DNA from: Conidiobolus incongruus B7586
Lineage: Eukaryota
Direction: 5' to 3'
Assembly: GCA_000697335.1 (NCBI GenBank)
Contig: JNEM01013449.1
Coordinates: forward strand, 1 to 44,264
Length of the DNA: 44,264 nt
The notes under the pieces were generated by a model. The model was not told the DNA's origin and made no database searches. It saw only the letters and a program-made list of their open reading frames with translations. Positions 11,387 through 22,085 of this stretch are shown piece by piece; the stretch's first letter is position 1, and each line of letters opens with the position of its first letter. A program made the translations under genes and the position numbers.

Positions 11387-12580
11387 TTAGTATAGAAATT
11401 AAGAAATGGCAAAATTTTTTAATATTTGACTTTTCAAACATATTATAGGTTTTGAAAGATTATTTATAAAAAATATAGCAGAATAAATATTTTCAAACTA
11501 TATATATTCAATTATAATTATTTTTTTATTAAAATATTTTGATTTTAAAATTTATATTTAAATTTAATCATATTTAAACTAAATAATGATTATCAAAAGA
11601 TTTTTATTTTAATATCTTCAAAGCTTAATTATAAACCTACTAACATTATTTAAAACTAATAAATAGCTTACAAAAATAATACTTTATCTAAAATTACTAT
11701 ATATTATTAGATTTGTAATTTTAAAGTTAACAAGGATATTATTTAAAATTTAAAAAAATATATTTATAAAGACTTTTTTATTTTAATTAAAAAATTATTA
11801 AAATAATATAATATTAATTAATAGAAATAAATAATAAATACCTTATAATTTAACAAAAATTTAAAATATTAGAGTAATTATAGTTAAATCAAACTTATTA
11901 AGGTATAACTAAAAACAAAGGTTTTTATAATAAATACTTATAATTAATAAATCTTAAAATTTTATATAATCTTTTACTTAAAAATAAAACAAGATATTAA
12001 GTTAAATTAATCCCTTTTATAAATTTTAATAAATAAATACTTTAAATATAAACAAATAATAATTATTTTTAATAAATTATAACAGTATATATTTTTTTAT
12101 TTAATATCTCAAAGAAAATTAATTAATAATAAATTTTATATTATTTTTCTTAAATAAAATAATTTTTAAATGGTGTTTTTAATATAAATTAAAAACACTT
12201 ATTATTTTGTATAATAATTATAAAATACACAAAGTTATAAAAGATTTTTTTATATAAAAAATTAGAGAGAGTTATTATATTTAATATTTTCACTTAATTA
12301 TAACTTATATGATTATAATTGTTTTAAACAATAAAAAAATCAGCTTATAAAAAAAGAAATTCTTGTAAATATATTAAATTAGTTTATAAAACATCAAATT
12401 TCAGTTTTTAATATAAAAAACTGTTAAATGTTAGAAGTTTGTTAAGAGTACAGAAAAGAGTTATTAATAATAAAAGAGAGTATTAATTTTATATTGTTTA
12501 TTAAATTTTATATATTATTTATTAACTTATTTGTTTAATTTTAAATTTAAAATTATGCTATTAATTAATTTCTACACTAA
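11387..12580 (+). mobile_element. Highly decayed mariner (Tc1/mariner) copy, ~1.19 kb
   Basis: Imperfect TIRs ttagtatagaaattaagaaatggcaaaatttt and aaaattatgctattaattaatttctacactaa, with TA on both flanks (11385-86 and 12581-82). Collinear with the 33358-34675 element, e.g. ttttcaaacatattat, ccttataatttaac, aaggtataacta, aaacatcaaatttcagt. Confidence 0.85.
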
Positions 12581-12736
12581 TACCTATTACCTATTTGGTC
12601 ATATTATATTAAATTGAAAAGTATTATTTTTGAAATTAAATAATCATACTCAAAAATGATTTTAAATAATAAGTTTTATTAATTAAAAATATTTCAAATT
12701 AAAAAACGTTAATAATAAAAATTAAAATAATCAATA

Positions 12737-13093
12737 TTAGTAGTATCTGGGATGTCCATATCTGTAAGGATATCCGTTCAAAATATCTAAATCAACATCC
12801 AAATCTAATAAACCGCCCCCATATCTACCAGGATAACCATTTAAAAGGCCAAGGTAAACGTCAGCATCGATTAAGCTTCCATAATGGCGATGAGGGTATC
12901 TGAAGGGGTATCCTCTGGGATATCCATAGGATCCATATCCTAAAACATTAGCATCGACATCTGCATGGACAAGTCCAGCAACATCGGCATGAACATCAGC
13001 ATCAACTAAGGAACCAGTGCCGGCAGCAGCGTCTCCAGCAGGGGCAGCAAAGGCAGGAAAAATGAGGCAGAGGAGAGATACAGCAGAAACCAT
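12737..13093 (-). CDS. Small secreted beta-motif, Tyr/Gly-rich protein, 118 aa
   Basis: Signal peptide followed by APAGDAA, then LVDADVHADVAGLVHADVDANVL and GGGLLDLDVDLDILNGYPYRY. Confidence 0.92.
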   Translation of the reverse strand: MVSAVSLLCLIFPAFAAPAGDAAAGTGSLVDADVHADVAGLVHADVDANVLGYGSYGYPRGYPFRYPHRHYGSLIDADVYLGLLNGYPGRYGGGLLDLDVDLDILNGYPYRYGHPRYY

Positions 13094-13217
13094 TTCGAAT
13101 ATTAGATTAGAATAGTAAATTAAATCAAGATTATGATATTTAAATATGTAGCTAATATTTACTTTTTATACGAAATCTCATCAACTATAGCATTCAGAGT
13201 AAATGGATTGGATATAG

Positions 13218-13252
13218 CTCCTTTTTACATCGAACATACTTAAAGGAGGAGG
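13218..13252. promoter_or_regulatory. Shared upstream inverted motif, copy 4
   Basis: CTCCTTTTTacatcgaacatacttAAAGGAGGAGG, 125 bp upstream of the ATG at 13093. The adjacent gagtaaatgga is shared with the 10668 promoter. Confidence 0.6.
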
Positions 13253-13839
13253 ATGTTGTCTTGCTGAATTTTTTTACAGTCCCCTTCCCCAAAATGTTTG
13301 GCTTATCTCCTGGGCGGCCTAATTTGAATCCAGTTAAATGAAATTCAGAATTTCATCTATACAACTTGATTTTCAGATTAATAATTTTCGATCAAAAATT
13401 GAGCTATTTTTAGAAAATCAATATTTATTAGACAATATTAGTTTTATGAATAGTAAATTTCTGAATTTGATCGATTTTAATAAATTTATTTAAGAATATT
13501 CTTTTATAATCTGTTGAGTGGTTCAAATACATCAAATATGTTGGAATTGAGTATTAGATTCTATATAATACTATTAATCTAATATATAATAATTAAAACT
13601 AAAATAAATTTAATATAAAATTATTATTTACATACAGAAAATTTGGTTTATGACTGTGTTAAACAATATTCAAATTTTAAAAAAAATTATCATATTTAAA
13701 TATAAAGTGAATATTCGGGATTTTATATTTTTATAATAAAGGATTAATATAGCTTAAGTATCAAATAGTATAAAGAGAATATGATATTTAATAAATTAAT
13801 ATAAAGATATAATATAATGTATAAATAATATACGATATA

Positions 13840-14259
13840 TTAGTCTTTGTGATATTTATCTTCATACTCATGGAAAAAGTTCAGACCTAAGCCACCATCA
13901 AAATATTCTAAGCCAACTTTGTCAGGATCATCCAATATACCTAAATCGATATCACCACTTATCAATTTGTATCCATCCTTTTCAGATGGTAGCAAATTTA
14001 AATCGGAACTAAGTTTGGCAGTCCCTCCTAAATTCAATAGCCCATCCACATTTATTAAAGTTGTACCATATGGGTCTTTAAGACCATGTTCGATAACTTC
14101 ATCGTCATCTTCCAAATCGTCAAAATCATCAAAATCTTCATCGATCAAATGATGGTGAGCATGATGAATATGATGATTATGGCTATCATGATCATTATGA
14201 TGAGCTGGAACACAAAATACCGTAATAATTGAGCAATACAATACAATAATTGATAACAT
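13840..14259 (-). CDS. Secreted His-rich/acidic protein, 139 aa; divergent member of the beta-motif family
   Basis: Signal peptide, HHNDHDSHNHHIHHAHHH, a D/E tract, then LINVDGLLNL...SDLNLLP and LISGDIDLGILD. Confidence 0.85.
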   Translation of the reverse strand: MLSIIVLYCSIITVFCVPAHHNDHDSHNHHIHHAHHHLIDEDFDDFDDLEDDDEVIEHGLKDPYGTTLINVDGLLNLGGTAKLSSDLNLLPSEKDGYKLISGDIDLGILDDPDKVGLEYFDGGLGLNFFHEYEDKYHKD

Positions 14260-15010
14260 AATGAAGTATTACTTAAATATACAAGATTCAGATCAATTAG
14301 ATGTTTTTTTAAATAAAAATCTAAATTTACCAGAATAGCAAATAGTATATGAGAAATTCCTTATGTAAAAATGATAGTCAAAGGAGATAAATGTATTAAC
14401 TTTTAGAGATTAATATGATCTCCTTGTTAATATTATTCAACTAAATTTAAGACTGGTTATGATTTTAAAATATTATGTAATTACTTACAAATATTAAGTG
14501 AAATGGAATGTATTGGTAACTTTTGAAAATTTTAGTTCTTTTTTTTAAAAAAACAATACTATTATTTTAAAAAGATTTGTAGATCTATTATATATGATTC
14601 ATTGCCACAAGAAATTTAAATATATGGCTGATGTATTTTTTATATTTTATTGGACACAATTGAATTTTGTAACTGAGAGAAAGTCAGTCACGTGAATAAT
14701 TAGAGTCTATGATTGGATTAATCCTTTATAATAAACTCAAGCCGAATTTCCAATTTTATTACAATAGTATTATAATATTATCTTTGTTAAGGATGTAAAA
14801 TAACTAATTGCAAATTACATATTATCAATATTAAAAAAGCCTCAGTCATCATATATTTTTATAAATATTATATATAAAAACAAAGTATAAATTATTTGAT
14901 ATATTAACTTCAATCCAATATTTATTAAGAACAAAAATAATAGATTAAAAAAACTTTCAATATATAAATTATTGAAGTGAAAAACTTAAAACTCGATAGA
15001 TTCCATAGGA

Positions 15011-15214
15011 TTAATAGATTGGAAGAGCATGATAGATTGGTTCAGCATAATGACCATTGCCGCCAACATCTGCACTTACTCCCAAACCTATGAGATCAAG
15101 TACATTAGCACCGATATCTGCATTCAAAATTCCTCCGCGATATCCTGGATAGCCAATTATTGGGCTAGAGGAAACAGAAGCCAAAAGGGTTGACAAGGCG
15201 ATAAAAGTCTTCAT
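15011..15214 (-). CDS. Small secreted beta-motif protein, 67 aa
   Basis: Signal peptide MKTFIALSTLLASVSS/SP, then GYPGYRGGILNADIGANVLDLIGLGVSADVG. Confidence 0.85.
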   Translation of the reverse strand: MKTFIALSTLLASVSSSPIIGYPGYRGGILNADIGANVLDLIGLGVSADVGGNGHYAEPIYHALPIY

Positions 15215-15334
15215 ATTAATAGAATTATTCAGATTAGTAGTTAAATTAGATTAATAATGTTTTGCTATTTGATATGATATGTTGTTTATATAATCATTTG
15301 AATCAACTATTCAAATCCATCATAAGACCCTATT

Positions 15335-15444
15335 TTAAAAAGGAGTCATAATAATCAAGTAACATTATATCAAAATTTTTGAAAAATATTCACTCCAAAT
15401 TGATGGAGTATTCAATGGTAACAATATTAGTGACTCCTTTTTAA
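15335..15444. promoter_or_regulatory. Perfect 14-bp inverted repeat containing the shared motif
   Basis: TTAAAAAGGAGTCA (15335-48) and TGACTCCTTTTTAA (15431-44), with an inner ACTCCA-N6-TGGAGT (15392-15409). Confidence 0.6.
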
Positions 15445-16711
15445 TGCAAATTAGATAGATTTTTAACTTCTACAATATGGGGAAAAAGATACCATATTAA
15501 TGAATTTTAATTATATTAATTCCGATTTTTACAATAATTACAATTTAACGTTTTGATAAATTTATTTTAATATTATAAAATATATATTATAACATTAGTT
15601 TTTGATTGTCATTCTCACAATATATAGATCTTTGATTGAATATGTTCTTGTAAGGGAAATACAGAGCATAAATCAGATATAAAGCTCTACTAGATACTTA
15701 TATAAATATTTTGAAATCAATCAAATTAAAAATAAATTGCATATAAATTTATTTTATAAGAATTTATATTTACCTCAATATATAGATATTCGTTAATTTT
15801 CATGTACTTGAATCTGTGAATAAATTTTAAATAGTCTATTTAATATTGTGAAATGTATATTGTTTTATAAAATCTTTAAGGAGAGATTGGCTTGTTTCAA
15901 GTTTTACCATTCATTTCTTAATTCATATTAATTTTGGAAAGGGAGTAATTTATTTAGACTATTTATAAGTTTGAAATCAGAAAGTAAATCAACATTAGTT
16001 AAACTATGAAATTATTAAAAGAAATTTAAAATAATTTGATATTCAAAGTTTTTTCAACTATCCTGATTAATGAAAATATTATAAATTATTAAGTAATGTG
16101 ATTTTCAGCGAACTTTCTGAAGATAAAATAGCAATTATTAAAAAAATAGAACTAAATTTTAGTTTTATCTGTATAAAATTTTTAAAAAAATATATTCAAT
16201 TCAATCTCACACAAGTTAGCGTCTATCATTACCAAATCTAAATCAAGTTTGAAAATTAAAGCATTCATTTTCTATAGTAATAATAATAGTGTGAATGAAT
16301 TTCATTGAAATTATAGATATATTATTGAGTTTATATACTATATTCATTATAAAAATAATCTATTTAATATTATCCTATTTGGATTAATTTTGATCATATA
16401 TAAGTCACATACAAAATCTCTTCTGGGAATTAGTATTAAATTTAATTAATAAAAAACTATAAAGTGGTATTCTTATATCAAATATTTATAATGATAGTAT
16501 TTTATAGTATTTTAATATAATACAACATAATTACTTTGATATACAAACTTTTACTCTTTGTATTAATTATATATTATCATATACAATTTATCTTATAAAT
16601 GTTAAAACTAAAAGGAAAATATTTACTAGATTGAAGGATTATGAAAATAATATTATTTATTAATATATAGGATCTATAATATACAAAAAATTTTCTCATA
16701 GTATATTATGA

Positions 16712-17002
16712 TTAGCCACATTTAGCATATTCAAACTGGAGATTTTTTTGACGATTATATAATATATTCAATCTATTAGGATCCCAGTTGGAAATCATCA
16801 TATCACCAACATCTCGAACACTGAGAGTTCCCGTGTATTTAGATTCTTCAAATACTGCAGAATTACCTTTCATAAATGATTTAGTCTGTTCGTTGTAGAA
16901 TGACCCTTTTAATGCGATATTGATACTATCGGCATCACAATTTTGTCCAGTTTGTACTTGAGATGCGATGAGTGTGAATTGAATTAGATAAGTTAATAGC
17001 AT
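16712..17002 (-). CDS. Small, probably secreted protein with two cysteines, 96 aa
   Basis: Hydrophobic N-terminus, one Cys near each end of the mature chain, and coding-like composition. No family recognised. Confidence 0.7.
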   Translation of the reverse strand: MLLTYLIQFTLIASQVQTGQNCDADSINIALKGSFYNEQTKSFMKGNSAVFEESKYTGTLSVRDVGDMMISNWDPNRLNILYNRQKNLQFEYAKCG

Positions 17003-17570
17003 TATTCAAGTGTTATAAGATAGGCTATTAGGATTATGTATCAAGTTTTTATATTAATTAATATATATTTATATTTGATTATATTTCGTTTCGAATACCT
17101 TAATTAAGTAACTTATCATTACATTGTAATATGATAAATTGTTTGAATGAAATTGATCAAATAATGATCAATTTCTAATTATGTTAATATGTTTACTATT
17201 TCAATACAATTTAATTAATATGTTTTATATTTTGTATAATATTATTAGTTAATAATAGAAAACCAAACTTAAAAGTATACTATAATAAATATAAAATTAA
17301 CAATATTTTCATGCTAATATATTTTATTTAACATGATTGTAATACTTTGATTCAATACATTTTTATTGAAAGTGAAAAATGCTATTTCCAGAATACAACA
17401 TATTGCAATCATTAATTGATCATAAACACTACATTTATTAAGTCATCATTACATTATTGCTGTAGTGATATCATCGTATTTTAATTGGTGAATAGTGACT
17501 ATATAATACCCACCAAAGAATAAATTACAACTTTAAATAACAGTTTGTAAGGATATTAATTAAAAACAAT

Positions 17571-17902
17571 ATGCTAAGACAATTTATTTCTCCAAAAAGA
17601 TTTCCTCAAAACAGATTCATCAGTAGTCAGTTGAAGAAGAATTATTCCAAGAATACGGACCCAACTGCTAATCCACCACATAATCCAGCACCCTATAATA
17701 CGAAAACTTACTTAGGATTTTTAGGTGTAGTGGGTGCTGCTGGAATTGTAAATTATAGATTATATTAATAGTATTTTATGATATTAATTTGATATTTTAG
17801 GTTTATATCCTATCCAATCGTAATCTCAAAAATGTTCCTGACGGAGAGATAAATGAAGATAAATATCCAAGTCAAAAACATAACCCTCAAAATAGGAAAT
17901 AA
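17571..17902 (+). CDS. Small single-TM protein with mitochondrial-type presequence, 92 aa; intron 17748-17800
   Basis: Arg/Lys-rich, acid-free N-terminus and TM segment YLGFLGVVGAAGI|VYIL. A phase-0 GT-AG intron leads to exon 2, which ends in TAA at 17900-02. Confidence 0.75.
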
Positions 17903-18086
17903 TACATTAACTATTGAATAAACTTGATTTTCAGCATTTGTTCATAAGAATACTGTTATTTGATAAATATATATTAAACCGATAATTATCATGAATATCA
18001 ATGTACAATACTTTGAAAAATACATTATAATCATCAAAATAATTTTTTACATTTTCAATATATCTTTGTCAAAAAGCCAACACTAT

Positions 18087-18420
18087 TGTCACGGGCCGGA
18101 GGACCCGTTCGTCCTTAACAATTCAATTCATTCGAGAACCCCGTCACAGATCCACCTGCAACGTGACCACAAAATACACCCGAGCAATGCAATCAATCGT
18201 TCCATCCGACGTACTGTTAGTACGCTGGGAAGACACGTCAAGCAAACTATAAATATGCCGACTACAACCAAGTTATCACGTCGGTCCTCTTCCTAGGGTA
18301 CAGCCCAATAATCCAGGTTAAACAATAAATTACCCCTTTTATATCACCAAACAGGTGCCGTCCCGGAAGACGACTATTTACTTAGAAGTTATTGGACACT
18401 TGACTTCCCAGCCAGTGTCA
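18087..18420 (+). mobile_element. Solo LTR, 334 bp
   Basis: GC-rich island bounded by TGTCAC...GTGTCA (TG...CA) with a 4-bp CTAT duplication (18083-86 and 18421-24). Internal TATAAAT at about 18249 and AATAAA at about 18324. Confidence 0.8.
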
Positions 18421-19030
18421 CTATTAATATAATATAGTATTCAAAAAAAATATATTTTATACCCAAAATACTTAAAGTTAGTGATAGATAAATTAATATA
18501 ATGGAATGTTATATTAATTCATATTCTTCACTATATTTTACCACCTATATTTACAAAGCTATTCAAAATAAGTATAAAAAATAGAATGAAAATTCAAACT
18601 TTTACAATATAATAATGGTATGTAAAAATCATTGATATTAAATAAAATAGCTCAAAAACATGGGAAAATATTTTATTAGTGGATTTGAGACAATTTTAAA
18701 CTGATCAAATATTAAGTAAATCCAATTTATTTAAAAAAGAATAATAGTAGTCACATTAAATCATCATTAAATTTTAAAAATGGTAAAAACGTCACCATTA
18801 AATAATCATTACCAAATTATAGTTTTTGTCCTATTATTGATCAATCATGAAGTCATTATTTAAATATCCTTTAATACATTTGTTGAATTATATAAAACAA
18901 AAATACTTGAGATAGTCATATTTCAAAAAATTGAAATTAGTGTTGAGAATTTGACAAAATGATGACAAGATAAAACACTAGTATTAATCTAAATATCACC
19001 AAATTATTTAAATTCACTCAAAATAGAATA

Positions 19031-19260
19031 CATACTACAGGCACCAGTGCTGGTGGTAAACCTGTTTGGTACAGAAGAAGAGTAACAATATCACAACTGG
19101 ATTAGGCTGTAGTTTGCTAGATATCTGAGTAAATATCAATGTTGATTTTTAATATACTGATATCAATGAATGTATTGCGAGAGGATTATAAAATGTATTG
19201 TGATCAAAGCCAGAGTGCTTCGCTCCTTTGTAGGATGTAAAGTAATGAGCGAACACATCA
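19031..19260 (+). ncRNA. Possible structured ncRNA (H/ACA snoRNA-like)
   Basis: GC-richer island with no ORF. Nested stems ACTACAG/CTGTAGT and CCAGT/ACTGG, plus a 3' hairpin TTCGCTC/GAGCGAA followed by ACA and 3 nt. No family recognised. Confidence 0.3.
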
Positions 19261-19607
19261 ATATAATTACTTAATTACTTATATGGCTAATATTAAATTC
19301 TATGACTTCTCCAATTGACACAAATATTTGAAATTTCTTCAGCTGGCCTATATTTAAGGTAGCAAACAAACTCTACCATTACTATCGTTTTAATTTTTGT
19401 AAATATTTATTTGAATTGATATTTACCAGGACAATATTAACTTTTGAATTAATTCATTCATAAAGTTTAATAAATATTTTATTGATAAAATTATCGAATA
19501 ATTCAAATCTTAATATAATTTACAATATGTTGTTTTTACCATATCTTTGACAATGAAAGAAATGAATCAATTATGAATTAAATGTGATATAATATTATTT
19601 ATAAAAC

Positions 19608-19639
<32 letters not shown>
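19608..19639. repeat. Compound (CA)n(TA)n microsatellite
   Basis: cacacacacacac followed by atatatatatatatatata. Confidence 0.9.
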
Positions 19640-19704
19640 CTCCACACTATATAGACATTGACTTCTGACTCTATTTTACCATTATTAACAAAATCATTTT
19701 CACA

Positions 19705-19940
19705 ATGTCTATTCAAAAAACTGAATATCCTAGTGTTGGAGAATAATATTTCTTATTTGCCATGTCTTGGACTGCTTTGGGATTTGATTCAGTGGTAATA
19801 GATTAAAAAACATAATCTTTTCATCTTATTAAACTCAGTCTAAATATTATTTAGTGATTGACAAACACAAATCTGTTAACGATCATTAATTATATAAAGA
19901 TCAATCACAAGAAAAGGAAAAAGGATTTGTTCTGTTATAG
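19705..19940 (+). pseudogene. Possible decayed paralog of the 20201 microprotein gene; intron 19795-19838
   Basis: Spliced translation MSIQKTEYPSVGE*YFLFAMSWTALGFDSV|SKYYLVIDKHKSVNDH*LYKDQSQEKEKGFVLL. It resembles GYFLIDPHQPVRN...QVKEEKSYK and has two in-frame TAA codons. Confidence 0.35.
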
Positions 19941-20200
19941 TTGGATTAAGTGTTATCTTTGAAAAAGTTTAATAAATAATTATCATATTACCATATTTAT
20001 GATGATTAACATCTCTTATAACTAGAAATACATCTTAAGATTTTGAGTGATGTTGAAAAATTAAATTGTATCAAATATTACAATAATTATGAATAATCAT
20101 TTCAAATGATTTAATACTGATTTAATAATGACAATATCCTAATCTAATATAAAATGCACTCCTATTCCATGATTATTCTTCAATGACAAATATTTTAACC

Positions 20201-20490
20201 ATGATCTTTCGTAGATTGATTCCAGCCAAACATAATAACCCAATATTATATTTGAAAAGAAATCAAACTCCAAAGAAACCTTGGACAAGAGAAGAAAAGA
20301 ATTCTGCTCTAGTAGTATCTTTAGCTGTCCTGGTGATTGGAACAACAGTAACAAATGAAAAAATTTATACTATAGCTGTATATTAATTTATTACTAGGGT
20401 TATTTTCTTATTGATCCTCATCAACCTGTTAGAAATCCTAAAATTTCTTCTAACGGTAATCAAGTAAAAGAAGAAAAATCTTATAAATAG
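20201..20490 (+). CDS. Small single-TM protein with mitochondrial-type presequence, ~79 aa; intron 20348-20397
   Basis: MIFRRLIPAK start (alternative ATG at 20183) and TM segment ALVVSLAVLVIGTT|GYFLI. Phase-0 GT-AG intron; TAG at 20488-90. Confidence 0.7.
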
Positions 20491-20606
20491 TGAATAAATT
20501 TTATAAATAGCGAATCACCCAGATTATCAATGCTTTATATAAATTAAAATCAAATTTTTCCACAATGGAATCTCACTTTATATATTATACAGATTTATTT
20601 GCTATT

Positions 20607-20645
20607 TATTATTATTATTATTTATTATTATTATTATTATTATTC
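20607..20645. repeat. (TTA)n microsatellite at the TLDc gene 3' end
   Basis: Interrupted ttattatta run that overlaps the stop codon. Confidence 0.85.
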
Positions 20646-22085
20646 AATGTCTAAATCAGGATCTCTCACGAATTTCGAGTACATGGGTTTATTGGCCATT
20701 TCTAAAATGGCCATGGCATCTGGATTGGTATCCAATATTGATTTACCATTATGAGGCTGTTCACCTTCATCTTTAGGAGGTTCTCTGACTTGATAAACTA
20801 AAATTATATATCAAGTAAATATCTAAAGTATGTATATGTATTGTTTTATAATCACCTTCAATTTGATCAATGTCAAACTTTGGAGACTTAGATAGTTGAG
20901 GATTATAATATGTAGAACTGTAAGGGTTGGCCATACTGTGACCACTCTCCAACTTTTCATCCAAGTATAAACCAAAGTAATCCAATTGACCTCCCATACC
21001 CAATCCTAGTCATTCATTAACAAGTGAGTATATAATTAATATATAGCTACTTACCATTAGGTAATGTTTGAGCCGAATAATTCAAATACATATAATTCTG
21101 ATTGTAATTGGTTGCAAAATAGATTCTCATTTGAGGCCTTAAAGAAAATAGAAAGTTTTTGCTATCGCCATAAAACTTTGGATTAACCTTCCAATCTAAG
21201 TAGTTAAAACATCCAAATCTGTTGCCTTCACGATCTTGAATCAATATGATGGTAGAGCCCTGGCTTTCAATAGCCGACAGGAATCGATTCCAACTCTTGC
21301 CGTGAATTTTGGAGTGGTAGAGGTTTCTAAATGGTGTGGTGCAGTCTTCAGGAAGGAATTGCTGCAGCATTAGAACCAAAGTTTTGTCTAACAGCAGAGA
21401 ATCTGATTTGGGGAGAGAAGCAATTTTTGGTGGTATAATAAAACAATTCAAACTGATATCAAGTAATAAAATACTCATAATAGCTAAACAAATGAAATTA
21501 TATAGCAAATTATTAGATTGTAAGATAGATTGATGATCTATTCCCTTTTTCTTCGTATCTTCAATAAATTTAGAGAACTCAGTTTCGTCAATCTCTTCTT
21601 TAAGCAATAGTTTATACTGTTTATAACTAACTAAAAATTCTGACCACTCATCCAAATAGGTTAAAGGTAAAGACTTATTCAATTCCAAATGGTTGAAGTA
21701 GTGTCGACTTAAAGCTTTGACAACGCTAAATAAATCGGTTTGGGCAAACAGACTATCTAGCAATTGTACCTTTTCCCTTTGTGACCCTTTAAGCAATAAA
21801 CCCAAGTTATTCAAATAGCTCTGTTGATTATTATCCTTATTTAGAGCTTTAAGCAAATTTTTTAAACTTTCTGCAAGTGGAGAATCGAAAGGTTGACCAA
21901 ATTCCTATATCAACAAAATATTAATGTCATCAAAAATATAATTAATTATTAAATACCTCAATCCCTTTAGCTACACTATTGTTACCAAGTTTTGTAATAT
22001 GTTGAATGTGATTTTGAATTGATGTTTGTTCTTGTGTCGTTAGGTTGAGTGATTGATTTGAAATGGTGCTTGATGTATTTCCCAT
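20640..22085 (-). CDS. TLDc-domain protein, MEAK7/TLDC1-like; exons 22085-21957, 21904-21055, 21005-20856, 20797-20640
   Basis: MGNTSS myristoylation-type start. TLDc motifs LYHSKIHGKSW, FYGDSKNFLFSLRP and GLGMGGQLDYFGLYLD. C-terminal KSILDTNPDAMAILEMA resembles MEAK7. Three GT-AG introns preserve the frame. Confidence 0.9.

Noticed and set aside
5531..15214. Hydrophobin or Kex2-processed RiPP precursor identity for the cluster
   Set aside because: There is no 8-Cys pattern, the repeats are not regularly delimited by KR/RR, and no tailoring enzymes are in the window.
17991..18296. 101-aa ORF
   Set aside because: It runs from AT-rich flank into the solo LTR and has no protein features.
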